Shown: positions 39,668 through 49,789 of the stretch, piece by piece
Position numbering within the stretch: position 1 is the first letter of the stretch
Layout: each line of letters opens with the position of its first letter
Origin: a virus
Length of the DNA: 64,000 bases
Reading direction: 5' to 3' (one strand)
Virus record (IMG/VR): IMGVR_UViG_3300026484_000110
The notes under the pieces: model-generated
What the model was told of the DNA's origin: nothing
Database searches by the model: none
Seen by the model: the letters and a program-made list of their open reading frames with translations, nothing else
Program-made: the position numbers and the translations under genes

Positions 39668-41926
39668 ATGTCCAAAAAAAGATTACAAGTGTCTAACGAA
39701 ATTAAAAGCATGTTTGATAAGTTTAAAGAACATGATCCTGATTTAAAAATTGATAATAGGTTATTAGCTACTTCAGGATTAAATCCATTCATCATTTATA
39801 ATAGTAGTCCTAGAGGTTTGATGATGTCTAGTCATGTAGCGCAAATATTAGTATTAGAAAAACCAGAAAAAAGAATTGTCTATACTGGTCTAGAAAATGA
39901 ATTTGGTAAATATGCGATTACAAAAGAGTTTGAACACGATAGTGAAGTTATATCTATAGTACATAGATATAATAAAACCACATTAGGTAAAGAACCTACT
40001 GAGTATGTTGTAATTTATAAAGATTTAGAAACAGGTAAAATTGACTCTATGTCGATTCCATATTATAACAAGTTTCATCCATATTTTGGATTTAAGTATA
40101 ATATTAATAAAGATTTGTTAGACAATCTTTTTGCAGGTGATGTTATACCAGCAGGTACAAAAGTAGCATGGCCTAATACTGTGTTAGAAGATGGTTACGG
40201 CATCGGTGTCAATATGAATATGGCGCTTATGTCTTTAGACGGCGTAGCTGAAGATGGTTTTATTATTAGTAAAAGTGCTTTAAAGAAGTTGATGTTTAGA
40301 ATGTTTGAATCTAGAAGTATAACGTTTGGTGAAAATGCTTATCCGTTAAATATTTACGGAGATAATGAGCATTTTAAAGCTTTTCCTGAACTATATGAAG
40401 AAATTAATGAAACATCCGTAGTAGCTGCTAGTAGGAAATATAGGGACGATTTAGTACCAGGTTTAATGGGTATAGAAGATATGAAATCTTTTAATCCTAT
40501 TTTTGACAATGTAGTTTATGTAAGCGGTGAAGGAGGTAAAGTCGTAGATATTAAAGTCTACAAAAATCCTAAGAAAAAGAAAACACTACCTAAAAATACT
40601 GATGAACAGTTAGAAAGATATGGAGAAGAGTTATTAAACTTTTATAAACAGATTGTATCTGTTTATAATAACTTAAATCAACAACATAAAAGTCTTACTG
40701 GTAATAGTTTGGTAGTGGGACATGAGTTTAATAGATTAGTGGTTGAAGCTATGAATATTTTAGGTAGTAGTAAAGAAAATGCTAGGATTAAAAAGACTTA
40801 TCGTAAAGAAGATATGGATTTGTATAGAGTAGAATTTGTTATCGAATATTTAATGGAATCTACCATAGGTATGAAGCTAACCGACTATCACGGTGCTAAA
40901 GGTGTAATAGTACAAATCTGGGATGATGAGAATATGCCTGTGGATGAAGATGGTAACAGAGCTGATATTATTGCTGACCCAGCATCTACTGTTTCTAGAT
41001 TAAATATAGGTAGACTCTATGAAAGATATTTTGGAGCAGCTAGTAGAAAAGCTAAGAAGATTATAAGACAAGATATTGCTGAATTTTTAAACAAAAAAGA
41101 AGATGAAATTACTGGAGATGATGTAGACAAACTGTCGTTAGAACAGATAGGTGTAATTTGGAATCATGATGTCTTAGAGTTTCTAAAACTAATTGATACA
41201 CCACAGTATGAGATATTTAAAGAGGCTTATGAAAATAACGAGATTGAAGAAATCAAAGTTACGTTAAAGGATATTGTAGAAAATGAATTTTATATCCATT
41301 ATAATAATGAAATGGAAAAAAGAGCATATGAAGTAGTATTGGATATTGAGAATAGTAAGTTCAAGCCACCGTATGGTCCTGTGAAATATAAAGAATATGG
41401 GAAAACATATGTAACACAAGATCCTGTAATGATTGCACCGCTATATATGATGTTGTTAAATAAAATCGCTGATGGCATGTTAAGTTGTGCATCTGCAAAA
41501 TTAAATCATTTTGGATTACCTATTGGGGTATCTAAATCCGATAAATATAGATTGCCTTGGAGAAATTCACCTACTAGAACAATCGGTGAAACTGAATCTA
41601 GAATATTTGCTAGTTATGGTGGTAGAAAGTTACTAGCTGAGTTAAAAGATAGAGCAGCATCTGTAGAAACACACTCTAAGGTATATGAAAACATACTGAA
41701 AGCTGAAAAACCTACCAATATTGATGTCTTAATAGATAGAAATAAACATCCATATGGTGGAGACAGAGCATTAGTAAATCTAGAGACACTGTTTAATTCA
41801 GTAGGATTGGATTTAGAATTTGTAGAAGATAAGCACAGATATTACGAACCTATTGAAAAAGTAGATAATAAAATTGATTTAGATTCTGTGGAGCATATAG
41901 AAGACGACCACACAGATGACGAGTAA
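39668..41926 (+). CDS. rpoB: Non-virion RNAP beta subunit, C-terminal half (phiKZ gp71-73-like, uninterrupted)
   Basis: NSSPRGLMMSSH, GMKLTDYHGAKGVI, ADIIADPASTVSRLNIGRLYE, PLYMMLLNK, RTIGETESR. Confidence 0.92.
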   Translation: MSKKRLQVSNEIKSMFDKFKEHDPDLKIDNRLLATSGLNPFIIYNSSPRGLMMSSHVAQILVLEKPEKRIVYTGLENEFGKYAITKEFEHDSEVISIVHRYNKTTLGKEPTEYVVIYKDLETGKIDSMSIPYYNKFHPYFGFKYNINKDLLDNLFAGDVIPAGTKVAWPNTVLEDGYGIGVNMNMALMSLDGVAEDGFIISKSALKKLMFRMFESRSITFGENAYPLNIYGDNEHFKAFPELYEEINETSVVAASRKYRDDLVPGLMGIEDMKSFNPIFDNVVYVSGEGGKVVDIKVYKNPKKKKTLPKNTDEQLERYGEELLNFYKQIVSVYNNLNQQHKSLTGNSLVVGHEFNRLVVEAMNILGSSKENARIKKTYRKEDMDLYRVEFVIEYLMESTIGMKLTDYHGAKGVIVQIWDDENMPVDEDGNRADIIADPASTVSRLNIGRLYERYFGAASRKAKKIIRQDIAEFLNKKEDEITGDDVDKLSLEQIGVIWNHDVLEFLKLIDTPQYEIFKEAYENNEIEEIKVTLKDIVENEFYIHYNNEMEKRAYEVVLDIENSKFKPPYGPVKYKEYGKTYVTQDPVMIAPLYMMLLNKIADGMLSCASAKLNHFGLPIGVSKSDKYRLPWRNSPTRTIGETESRIFASYGGRKLLAELKDRAASVETHSKVYENILKAEKPTNIDVLIDRNKHPYGGDRALVNLETLFNSVGLDLEFVEDKHRYYEPIEKVDNKIDLDSVEHIEDDHTDDE

Positions 41927-41939
41927 AAAAGGAGCCAAA

Positions 41940-43976
41940 ATGAACCCGATCCCAGTAAGAAATCTATTCAATCTCAAACCTAGTGAAATAGTAAATCTAA
42001 AAACAGGATTTCCTATCCTGTTTGAAGATGGTGTGGTAATTGATGCTAAACCTAGAGAAATTATTGTCTTTAGATATTTTATGGATTTTGTTACAAAACT
42101 AAAAGAAGCTAAAAAAATGCCTATTATATCTGATATGTTTATTAGTAAACATTATGAAGAAGGTTATTTTAATAGCGGTACATATACAGGAATGTTTAGT
42201 GTGGTGTTTAAAACATTTACAGAGCATGTAGCTAAAAAGTATTCAGATGGTAGAATACTAATTAGAGAGTTGTTAAAAGAAATATATAAAGCCACAAATA
42301 AGATTACAAAAGATTTAGTACCTCATCTTGGAGAGTATGTAATTGGTGTAGAAGTACAAGACATTTTAGAGGTACAATTTCACAAAGAATTATTGGATTC
42401 AATAGTAGAGGTAACTAAACACCCAGATCAACACCATATTGAACAAACATACAATGTCTTGGATGATATTGTACGTAATAAATTAGATAATAAAAATATA
42501 ATCAGATTGATTTATCTTAGTAAGATGGTAAATCTGGATCAGTTAAGACAATTGTTTGGTAGTAGAGGATTTCTTACAGAAATTAATTCTAGAATATTTG
42601 CTTTACCGATGACAAATAGTTTTACCTTAGGTGCTAAAAATATCTATGAATTAGCTATAGAATCTAGAGCAGGTGCTAAAGCTTTATTCTTGTCATCTCG
42701 AGCTATTCAGGATTCGGAATATATGGCAAGAGAATTACAGTTAGCTACTATGGTAGCTGAAAACTTAGTAATAGGGGATTGTGGTAGTAAAGAATATGTA
42801 GACTATTATGTAACTCCTAAAGAAGTAGATCCAGTTACTGGAAAACTTATTTATAAAGGAGATTTGAAAAATTTAATAGGTAAACGATTTTTAAATCCTA
42901 ATACTGGTAAAGAAGAAGTAATCACAAAAGATCATACTTGGTTAGAAGGGCAAACAATTAAATTACGTTCAGCGGTGAATTGTAAGTTAAGAGATAAGAA
43001 ACAAATTTGTAGTGCATGCTATGGTGAATTAGCATATTCGCTGTTCCCACATCAAAACGTAGGGCATGTAAATACTGTAAATATTACTAAGCCTATATCG
43101 CAATCTATTATATCCACTAAGCACTTAACAAAGTCAGCTAGTAGTGGTGCTGTAGAGATAGACAATAGTGCTAAAAAGTATTTTACTGTAAAAGATAAAA
43201 ATAAATTGGTATTTTTAAGTAAGTATTTCGGTAGGAAAACAAAACATCTCAGAATTCATATACCGCAAGAACAAGCTTTTGGTCTAAAAGATGTACTACA
43301 GATAGGTAACATTCTTAAAATTAACCTTAATAAGGTATCCAGGTTATCAGATATTTTAATAGAAGAAACAGGTAATAAGGCACCTGTATTTGATCCTATC
43401 AATTTGAAATCTGGTAATAAGTTTGGATTCTTTACAACATACTTTTGGCAGTATGTGATTAAGCACGGATATGAAATAGATGAATTTGATAACTATGTAG
43501 TAGACTTAGAAAATTGGGATTATAAGAAACCAATTATCCAATATGAAAAAATGGAATTCGATTTTGCTACATTGTCTAAAGAATTTAAGAAACTAATTAA
43601 GACAAGGAAATATTATAAAGTAAATGGCGTTAAAAGAGCAGAATTTACACCAGATGTATTAGTCCAGAAATTGTTCGATTTAGTAAATAAGAAACTGGAT
43701 ATTAATATTGCATTATTAGAAGCTTTAGTGTATCCTTTTACTGCTTGGGATATTAATAATGAAAATTATGATCTGGGTAGAAATAGTCCAAATAACGACC
43801 TAGTAGGGTTGAAGTATGCAATTGATTATAGGTCAATAGGTGGTAGCTATGGCTGGAGTAAATTACAAGCCAAAATAGCTGATCCAGCGCTACATGAGAA
43901 AAATTTCAAACCAGATCATCCGCTAGATGTATTATTTAAACCTAATGAAGTTATTAAAATAGTAGGAGAGAAGTAA
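41940..43976 (+). CDS. rpoC: Non-virion RNAP beta-prime subunit, C-terminal half (phiKZ gp74-like)
   Basis: GDCGS, CKLRDKKQICSACYG zinc motif, SIISTKH trigger-loop region. Start after AAGGAG at 41940. Confidence 0.92.
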   Translation: MNPIPVRNLFNLKPSEIVNLKTGFPILFEDGVVIDAKPREIIVFRYFMDFVTKLKEAKKMPIISDMFISKHYEEGYFNSGTYTGMFSVVFKTFTEHVAKKYSDGRILIRELLKEIYKATNKITKDLVPHLGEYVIGVEVQDILEVQFHKELLDSIVEVTKHPDQHHIEQTYNVLDDIVRNKLDNKNIIRLIYLSKMVNLDQLRQLFGSRGFLTEINSRIFALPMTNSFTLGAKNIYELAIESRAGAKALFLSSRAIQDSEYMARELQLATMVAENLVIGDCGSKEYVDYYVTPKEVDPVTGKLIYKGDLKNLIGKRFLNPNTGKEEVITKDHTWLEGQTIKLRSAVNCKLRDKKQICSACYGELAYSLFPHQNVGHVNTVNITKPISQSIISTKHLTKSASSGAVEIDNSAKKYFTVKDKNKLVFLSKYFGRKTKHLRIHIPQEQAFGLKDVLQIGNILKINLNKVSRLSDILIEETGNKAPVFDPINLKSGNKFGFFTTYFWQYVIKHGYEIDEFDNYVVDLENWDYKKPIIQYEKMEFDFATLSKEFKKLIKTRKYYKVNGVKRAEFTPDVLVQKLFDLVNKKLDINIALLEALVYPFTAWDINNENYDLGRNSPNNDLVGLKYAIDYRSIGGSYGWSKLQAKIADPALHEKNFKPDHPLDVLFKPNEVIKIVGEK

Positions 43977-43992
43977 TCTCCTACTATTTTTT
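43957..43992 (+). terminator. Intrinsic terminator with U-tract
   Basis: aaatagtaggaga-gaagtaa-tctcctactattt followed by Ts. Confidence 0.8.
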
Positions 43993-44021
43993 CTACATTG
44001 ATGTGAAATATCTTTAAAAAG

Positions 44022-44426
44022 GTGAAGATGATGAGTAGACTAGATAGAGATGGATTAAACGCGGACATACGTAAGCATAAGAGAAATTTATATTATTTAT
44101 CTGGACTAACAGCAGTGATATCTGCTGGTATAATGACTGTGGTATCTACTAAGGTAAGTTGTGAATCTAATGTGTTGTTTCCATTATTAACAATTGCCTT
44201 TTTTATATTAACTCTTATTATTTTAGAGTTAAACAATAGAATACTGTTGACTAGATCTCTAGAAGCTTTACTGGATGGTTATGAATATGAGATGGGGGAT
44301 GAAAAAGAACATTTTTTTAGAAAAATTTCTGCTTTTATCAGAATCCATTTTAAAGAGTTTAGCAAACATCTTAAAGATAAAAAATACTACGATATGCTAA
44401 ATTTAGAAAGGGACGCTCATGGGTAG
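44022..44426 (+). CDS. Two-TM membrane protein
   Basis: Hydrophobic YLSGLTAVISAGIMTVV and VLFPLLTIAFFILTLIIL. Real start is probably ATG 44028 or 44031. Confidence 0.75.
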   Translation: MKMMSRLDRDGLNADIRKHKRNLYYLSGLTAVISAGIMTVVSTKVSCESNVLFPLLTIAFFILTLIILELNNRILLTRSLEALLDGYEYEMGDEKEHFFRKISAFIRIHFKEFSKHLKDKKYYDMLNLERDAHG

Positions 44427-44871
44427 TAAAATACAATTATCTCCTACGGAGATATTAAATTATTTAAAATATGTAAGGAGTGAAGTTTCTAGAGTCTACA
44501 GAAAAACAATGATAAAGGTAACACTAGTTTTAACAATATTATTATTAACAGCAATATTAATACCTACTATTGAGAAAGCGATTGTTAACGCTACTGCATC
44601 GGAAGCAGCTATAGTAGTAGTATATATTTTTATACTGATTTTAGCAATTTTGTCTATACACTATTTTGCAAAAATATCTGATTATAAACAGATTATATAT
44701 AGTGTAGATAGATATATTAAACGTACTAGTAATTCATATTTAAAAAATGAACCAGAAGAACTTAATTATATCTTTGGCAAATTTATAAAATCAATTTGTA
44801 GAACATTGAAAATAAATAGAGAGAAGATGATATCGTATCTTGTAAATCATGATTTACAAAAGGCGCTATAG
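44419..44871 (+). CDS. Two-TM membrane protein
   Basis: VTLVLTILLLTAILIP and AAIVVVYIFILILAILSI, overlaps the previous stop. Confidence 0.75.
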   Translation: MGSKIQLSPTEILNYLKYVRSEVSRVYRKTMIKVTLVLTILLLTAILIPTIEKAIVNATASEAAIVVVYIFILILAILSIHYFAKISDYKQIIYSVDRYIKRTSNSYLKNEPEELNYIFGKFIKSICRTLKINREKMISYLVNHDLQKAL

Positions 44872-44951
44872 GAGAGTAGAATCTCCTATAGTCTATTCAT
44901 TATTTTCACCGCTCTATATATCAATGACAGTTTGATCCTAAGGAGGAAACA

Positions 44952-46463
44952 ATGATAACTATTAATAAATTTAAACAATTTTTCACAATTACTTCCGATA
45001 TGTTCGATAAACTAATTTTTGATTTATTTTTATTTAATAAGAATTTAAAGACTTTTAAAAGACCTAGTAAAAGAAGTAGAAATCAAAAAGTACAAGTAGA
45101 TAAAGAATTTTTTGTAATAGATTATAGAAATAATGTAATAAGATATCCAATTACTGTACTGGGAGATATGCTAACTACGTTACAAACTCTTTATCCTAAC
45201 GAAGAAATAAAGATAGATGATGTAAAACCTGTAATAGGTAAAAATATAGAAATAGAGACAACACATGGATTTGAATTAAGAGATTATCAGAAAACTTATA
45301 AAGAATCTATGTTAAAGAATTTTAAAGATAAGCATACTACAATTGTAAACCTAAGAACAGGAGGGGGTAAGTCTATTTTAGCATTAGAGATGTTAGCTGA
45401 AATAAAAAAGAGATTTCTAATACTGGTATTACCTATGTATATAGAAAAATGGATAGGGGATGTAACTAGTAACACTAATATAAAACCTGAAGAAATTTAT
45501 GTAATAAGAGGTAGTGATAGCTTAAGAAAACTATTTGAATTACCTAAAGAAGAAAAAGATAAAATAAAGTGTTATATTGCATCTATGTCTACTATTAGTA
45601 AATATATAAGAGAATGGTTAAATGTGGACGAGATATTTAGTTTTTCTGTATCTCCAGATAAAATAGCAGAAGAATTAGATTTTTCAGTAGTATTGAACGA
45701 TGAGTCTCATTTGGAATTTCATAATGTGTTTAGATTTATGTTATTTGCTAATGTAAATTTCTTATTAGGACTCACAGCTACTTTAGATACGAATGATTAT
45801 AGATTAAAGAAAATGCATGCATTGTTATTTCCTGAAGAACATAGATTACAAAACTTAGTAGATAAACGCTATATAAATGTGATATCCATTAAATATCATT
45901 TTAGAAATCCTAAACGTATTAGATTCGATAGAGGATTTGGATATAATCAAGCTACATTTGAACAATCTATTATCAGAAACTCAGATATGTTAGAGAGGTA
46001 TTTAAAAATGATTTTTGATATCTATTTAGCTGGTTATGCTAAATATAAAACAGACGTAGATAAGTTATTAATATTTGCAGGTACTATAGAAATGTGTACT
46101 TTAATCAGAGATTACTTTAAAGATAGAGTTAAGGATTTAAACATTATAAAATATAATAGCGGGGAAGACGAATATAGCAGCATTGAAACAGCTGATATAA
46201 TCGTATCTACTATTAATAGTTTAGGCACAGCTGTAGATATTAAAAATCTGAGAGCAGTAATACAAACAGTAGCGATAGATAGTCCTGCAGCCAATAAACA
46301 ATCTATAGGTAGATTAAGGGACTTGAAAGATAGAGATGTTTACTTTTACTATTTATGGTCTGGTGATATAAAATCCCATAGACGATATAATTACAATCGA
46401 ATTAAATATTTTAAAGATATTGCTAAAGATGTAAAATTTGTAGTCTATAAGAACAATATTTAA
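44952..46463 (+). CDS. SF2 (UvsW/XPB-like) helicase (phiKZ gp75-like)
   Basis: LRDYQ, NLRTGGGKS, LNDESH, GLTATL, STINSLGTAVDI, QSIGRLR. Confidence 0.9.
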   Translation: MITINKFKQFFTITSDMFDKLIFDLFLFNKNLKTFKRPSKRSRNQKVQVDKEFFVIDYRNNVIRYPITVLGDMLTTLQTLYPNEEIKIDDVKPVIGKNIEIETTHGFELRDYQKTYKESMLKNFKDKHTTIVNLRTGGGKSILALEMLAEIKKRFLILVLPMYIEKWIGDVTSNTNIKPEEIYVIRGSDSLRKLFELPKEEKDKIKCYIASMSTISKYIREWLNVDEIFSFSVSPDKIAEELDFSVVLNDESHLEFHNVFRFMLFANVNFLLGLTATLDTNDYRLKKMHALLFPEEHRLQNLVDKRYINVISIKYHFRNPKRIRFDRGFGYNQATFEQSIIRNSDMLERYLKMIFDIYLAGYAKYKTDVDKLLIFAGTIEMCTLIRDYFKDRVKDLNIIKYNSGEDEYSSIETADIIVSTINSLGTAVDIKNLRAVIQTVAIDSPAANKQSIGRLRDLKDRDVYFYYLWSGDIKSHRRYNYNRIKYFKDIAKDVKFVVYKNNI

Positions 46464-46475
46464 AAGGGTTGAATA

Positions 46476-47777
46476 ATGAAAAACGTATTAGAAATTATTG
46501 AAGAACTACGTAATACCAACAAAAGAAACGATAAGATTGAGATTTTAGAAAAATACAGGAATAACAAAGATTGGATTAAATTGTTAAAATATACATATGA
46601 TACAAATAGACATTATCAATTTTCAAAAATTGATAATGTCTCAGAATGTTCTAAAATTGAATTGGAAGATTATCTAAATGCTATATTTAGTATTCTGGAT
46701 CTTTTAAATAGTAGAGAGATTACTGGTAGTAGTGCTTATGAAACTTTGTCTTGTCTTAGATATAATTTACCAGATGAATATAAAAATTTGTTGGATTTAA
46801 TACTTAGAAGGAATTTAGATATTGGTGTGTCTGTAAAAACTTTTAATAAGGTATATGATAACTTAATTCCTGAATTTCCTGTACAATTAGCTGTAAAGAA
46901 ACCTTTAAAGAAAAAAGATTTTCCTGTTTATTTAGAAGAAAAACTAGATGGTGTTAGAATACTAGTAGAAATAGGTAATGAGGAAATAATAGGTGTCTAT
47001 ACTAGAAAAGGAAATGAAATCTTACTACCTAGTCTCAATAAGGCATTAAATTTATTTGTTAGATTTAATGCTAAATACAGAAACTATATATTAGATGGTG
47101 AATTAATAAGTAAGAAGTTTTCTCGTAAAAAATTATCAGGTTTTTTAAATAGCCAAATGCAAGATCCAAAACTTGACATAGACGATAGTCATTTAGTTTA
47201 TTATGTATTTGATATAATAACCAAGGAGGAATGGGAAACTAGAAAATCTGTAATTTTATCAGAAAGAAAGAAAAGGTTAGATGCGTTATTCGATAGATAC
47301 TATTCTGATACCATAATAAAGGTACCATATGAAAAAGTAGATTATACAAATAGAGAACGTATTGATGAAAAGTTCCATGAAGTCTTGCAAAATGGTAAAG
47401 AAGGTATAATGATTAAACCTGTTAATAGGGAATACGAGTTTAAACGTAGTGACGCTTTTAGAAAATTAAAAGCAGAAAACACAATTGATTTAAGGGTAGC
47501 GGGCGTTACTGAGGGCAGTGGTAAATATAAAAATATGATTGGTAGTTTACAATGTGAAACAGATGACGGTAAACTAAGAGTATCGGTTGGTAGTGGTTTA
47601 ACAGACAAGGATCGTGATTTGCCTAAAGATTATTATATAGGAAGAATTGTAGAAGTAAAATATAACGAGTTTATTACTGATGATAACGGTAATTTATCGT
47701 TATTTTTACCAGTCTTTAATGGTATCAGATTTGATAAAGATGAAACGGATTTAATAAAAGGAGTCAAAAATGATTAA
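46476..47777 (+). CDS. lig: ATP-dependent DNA ligase
   Basis: EEKLDGVR (motif I), LDGEL, YYVFDII, EGIMIK, FRKLK, SVGSGL, LFLPVFNGIRFDK. Confidence 0.93.
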   Translation: MKNVLEIIEELRNTNKRNDKIEILEKYRNNKDWIKLLKYTYDTNRHYQFSKIDNVSECSKIELEDYLNAIFSILDLLNSREITGSSAYETLSCLRYNLPDEYKNLLDLILRRNLDIGVSVKTFNKVYDNLIPEFPVQLAVKKPLKKKDFPVYLEEKLDGVRILVEIGNEEIIGVYTRKGNEILLPSLNKALNLFVRFNAKYRNYILDGELISKKFSRKKLSGFLNSQMQDPKLDIDDSHLVYYVFDIITKEEWETRKSVILSERKKRLDALFDRYYSDTIIKVPYEKVDYTNRERIDEKFHEVLQNGKEGIMIKPVNREYEFKRSDAFRKLKAENTIDLRVAGVTEGSGKYKNMIGSLQCETDDGKLRVSVGSGLTDKDRDLPKDYYIGRIVEVKYNEFITDDNGNLSLFLPVFNGIRFDKDETDLIKGVKND

Positions 47778-48327
47778 AATTAATAACTTAGAATTTACAA
47801 TTAATAAAAAGGAACAAGTAGATGCTTTAAACAATGGGGAACTTTCTGTAATATATGATGGTGTTGATGAAACATGGAAACCTTACGTAGAGTTTACTGA
47901 AGAGTATCTTAATAAACTTGAAGAATTTAGATATTTACCAGATGAGCTAATAAAATACGAAGAACAGAATAAAGATAAAATAAAATACTTTAGACCTATA
48001 ATTGAAGTATCTTGTAGGAATGGAACTATTAGATACATGTCTGCTATTCTTAAGGAGATTGAATTAATAGATAATCCGAGAATTAATCCTGAACTTAAGA
48101 AACCGTATCCTATTAATGATCCAAATTGGAAAGATACCGCCATAGTAAAAAATAGAGAAGAGAGAGTAATTAAACTAAACCTTGAATTAGGTAATCCTTC
48201 TATAGTGTCTTTAAAAGAAAAAAATAAAGATAGTAAGGTTATCTTTGAACTACATAATCAGTTTAAATACGGGATTCCTGCTTTACCAAAATATGTTTAT
48301 AAATTTATAGAGAATAAGTCTCTATAA
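47770..48327 (+). CDS. Hypothetical protein (185 aa)
   Basis: AAAAGGAG RBS, ends in hairpin 48302-48330. Confidence 0.75.
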   Translation: MIKINNLEFTINKKEQVDALNNGELSVIYDGVDETWKPYVEFTEEYLNKLEEFRYLPDELIKYEEQNKDKIKYFRPIIEVSCRNGTIRYMSAILKEIELIDNPRINPELKKPYPINDPNWKDTAIVKNREERVIKLNLELGNPSIVSLKEKNKDSKVIFELHNQFKYGIPALPKYVYKFIENKSL

Positions 48328-48340
48328 ATTTCCAATTTTT

Positions 48341-48357
48341 TTCATTTATATATTACT
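48341..48357 (+). promoter_or_regulatory. Early promoter, exact TATATTAC
   Basis: ttcatttatatattact, identical to 55179-55195. Confidence 0.8.
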
Positions 48358-48391
48358 AATACGAGAATAAAACAAATTAAAGGAGTCTATT

Positions 48392-48538
48392 ATGAAATTT
48401 ATATTAATGTTCGCACTTATCTCGCTTATAAGCGTTAGTTTAGGTGTACAATTTGGTGAAGTTGCTTGTGGGTTGAGCTGGATAATAGGTCTGTCAGTCC
48501 TATTTCTAGAAGAAAGATTAGAATTAAGTAAAGATAAA
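48392..48538 (+). CDS. Small hydrophobic protein (48 aa, below track cutoff)
   Basis: AAAGGAG RBS, MKFILMFALISLISVSLGVQFGEVACGLSWIIGLSVLFLEERLELSKR (two short hydrophobic segments). Confidence 0.7.
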
Positions 48539-48549
48539 AGGGATCTATC

Positions 48550-49182
48550 ATGTCAGCATTAATAAAAACAAATAATAGAAATGAAAAAGGTACATTATAT
48601 ATTGCGTTAGTTGAAGTTACCAGCAGAGGTGGTGGGTTATATGACGTAGTGCAATTTTTTAAAAGGACAGGGTCCGATAATGCTGCACTAAACTGGTTTG
48701 AAAAACTTGAGAGAGATGCTCGTAGAGGAAAGTGGAATATCCATAATACCGGTAAAATACCGGGAATATGGGATTTTATTACTAGAAATTACATCCTGAT
48801 CTCAGCAGCGACTGCTGGGCAGGATACACTTGAGATTGGGTTTCACAAGAGAAATCCGACTGTTAAAGACTGGGTGGAATTTGACGAAAAAGGAGGTTGT
48901 ACATACAAGAAGCAGGTATCGTGTACCAGCGAGATAGTGCCAGACATTCTAATAACTGGTGGATGGGATCCTGCATTAACCTGTAATCCAAAGGGGGGTG
49001 TCTGTAATCTCAGTTGGAATTGCGGTACAAGGAATAACCCGGAGGATTGCGAAACAAAAATCAGTTATAGAGATGTTCCGGTCATATTTCATATTCACCC
49101 GGAACCCGGAACGGTTTCTAGACAGTCATTTTACATCTGGAATTTACCACAAGGATGGGGATGGCTGGTAAAACCTGAATAA
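48550..49182 (+). CDS. Cys/Trp-rich hypothetical protein with anomalous GC
   Basis: About 40-47% GC in sampled 60-nt lines versus AT-rich flanks, six Cys in the C-terminal half. Confidence 0.7.
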   Translation: MSALIKTNNRNEKGTLYIALVEVTSRGGGLYDVVQFFKRTGSDNAALNWFEKLERDARRGKWNIHNTGKIPGIWDFITRNYILISAATAGQDTLEIGFHKRNPTVKDWVEFDEKGGCTYKKQVSCTSEIVPDILITGGWDPALTCNPKGGVCNLSWNCGTRNNPEDCETKISYRDVPVIFHIHPEPGTVSRQSFYIWNLPQGWGWLVKPE

Positions 49183-49238
49183 ATTCTCTCTTCCCCTTTT
49201 TCTTTTTTGTCTGAAAAGTTAAAATTAAGGAGTGATGA

Positions 49239-49709
49239 ATGGCTACAGTAGAAAAAGGTAGTATAGACTTATGTGATATGAATGTTACCTTTACAGCAAA
49301 AGATATAGTAGAATTACAACAAGTTATTGTTAATAACAATATTTATACCATTGAGGGCCTAGTAGAATATTTTAACAATAAATTTACTTGTAATAAGGTA
49401 ATAGATTTTTTAAAACTTTTATACAGAGAAGGAATTAAATTAACACCTAAATTAGAATTTAAACCTATAACAGAAAAATGCCTAGTTACAAATGGTGAAT
49501 TTAAATTAAAAAGACGACCTTTAGCAATGGACGATAGTTATTTTATTAATAACCTCGTAGTGGTCAGACTATTTAACGAGGATGGTGAATTAACCAATAT
49601 GTACGAATTCTACGATGACGTAGATGTAGATTTAAATAATTTAAAATGTAAACTATCTAAGGATACAGTGAATGGAATAGCTAGTGTGTCCTACTTCACA
49701 TTTTCATAA
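49239..49709 (+). CDS. Hypothetical, probably virion-associated protein
   Basis: C-terminal domain resembles that of 49790..50611 (ends ASVSYF). Confidence 0.6.
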   Translation: MATVEKGSIDLCDMNVTFTAKDIVELQQVIVNNNIYTIEGLVEYFNNKFTCNKVIDFLKLLYREGIKLTPKLEFKPITEKCLVTNGEFKLKRRPLAMDDSYFINNLVVVRLFNEDGELTNMYEFYDDVDVDLNNLKCKLSKDTVNGIASVSYFTFS

Positions 49710-49789
49710 TCTTTTTCTATTTTGATATGATGTATTTAATACATTTATAAATGGGTTATTACCTATTAGAATATTAGAAGGAGATTGTC

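Noticed and set aside
39668-41926. Intron or intein in RNAP beta, PolB or DnaB
   Set aside because: The ORFs are continuous and of expected size, with no homing endonuclease or intein splice motifs seen.
46476-47777. ATP-dependent ligase as a novelty
   Set aside because: All motifs are canonical and such ligases are common in large phages.
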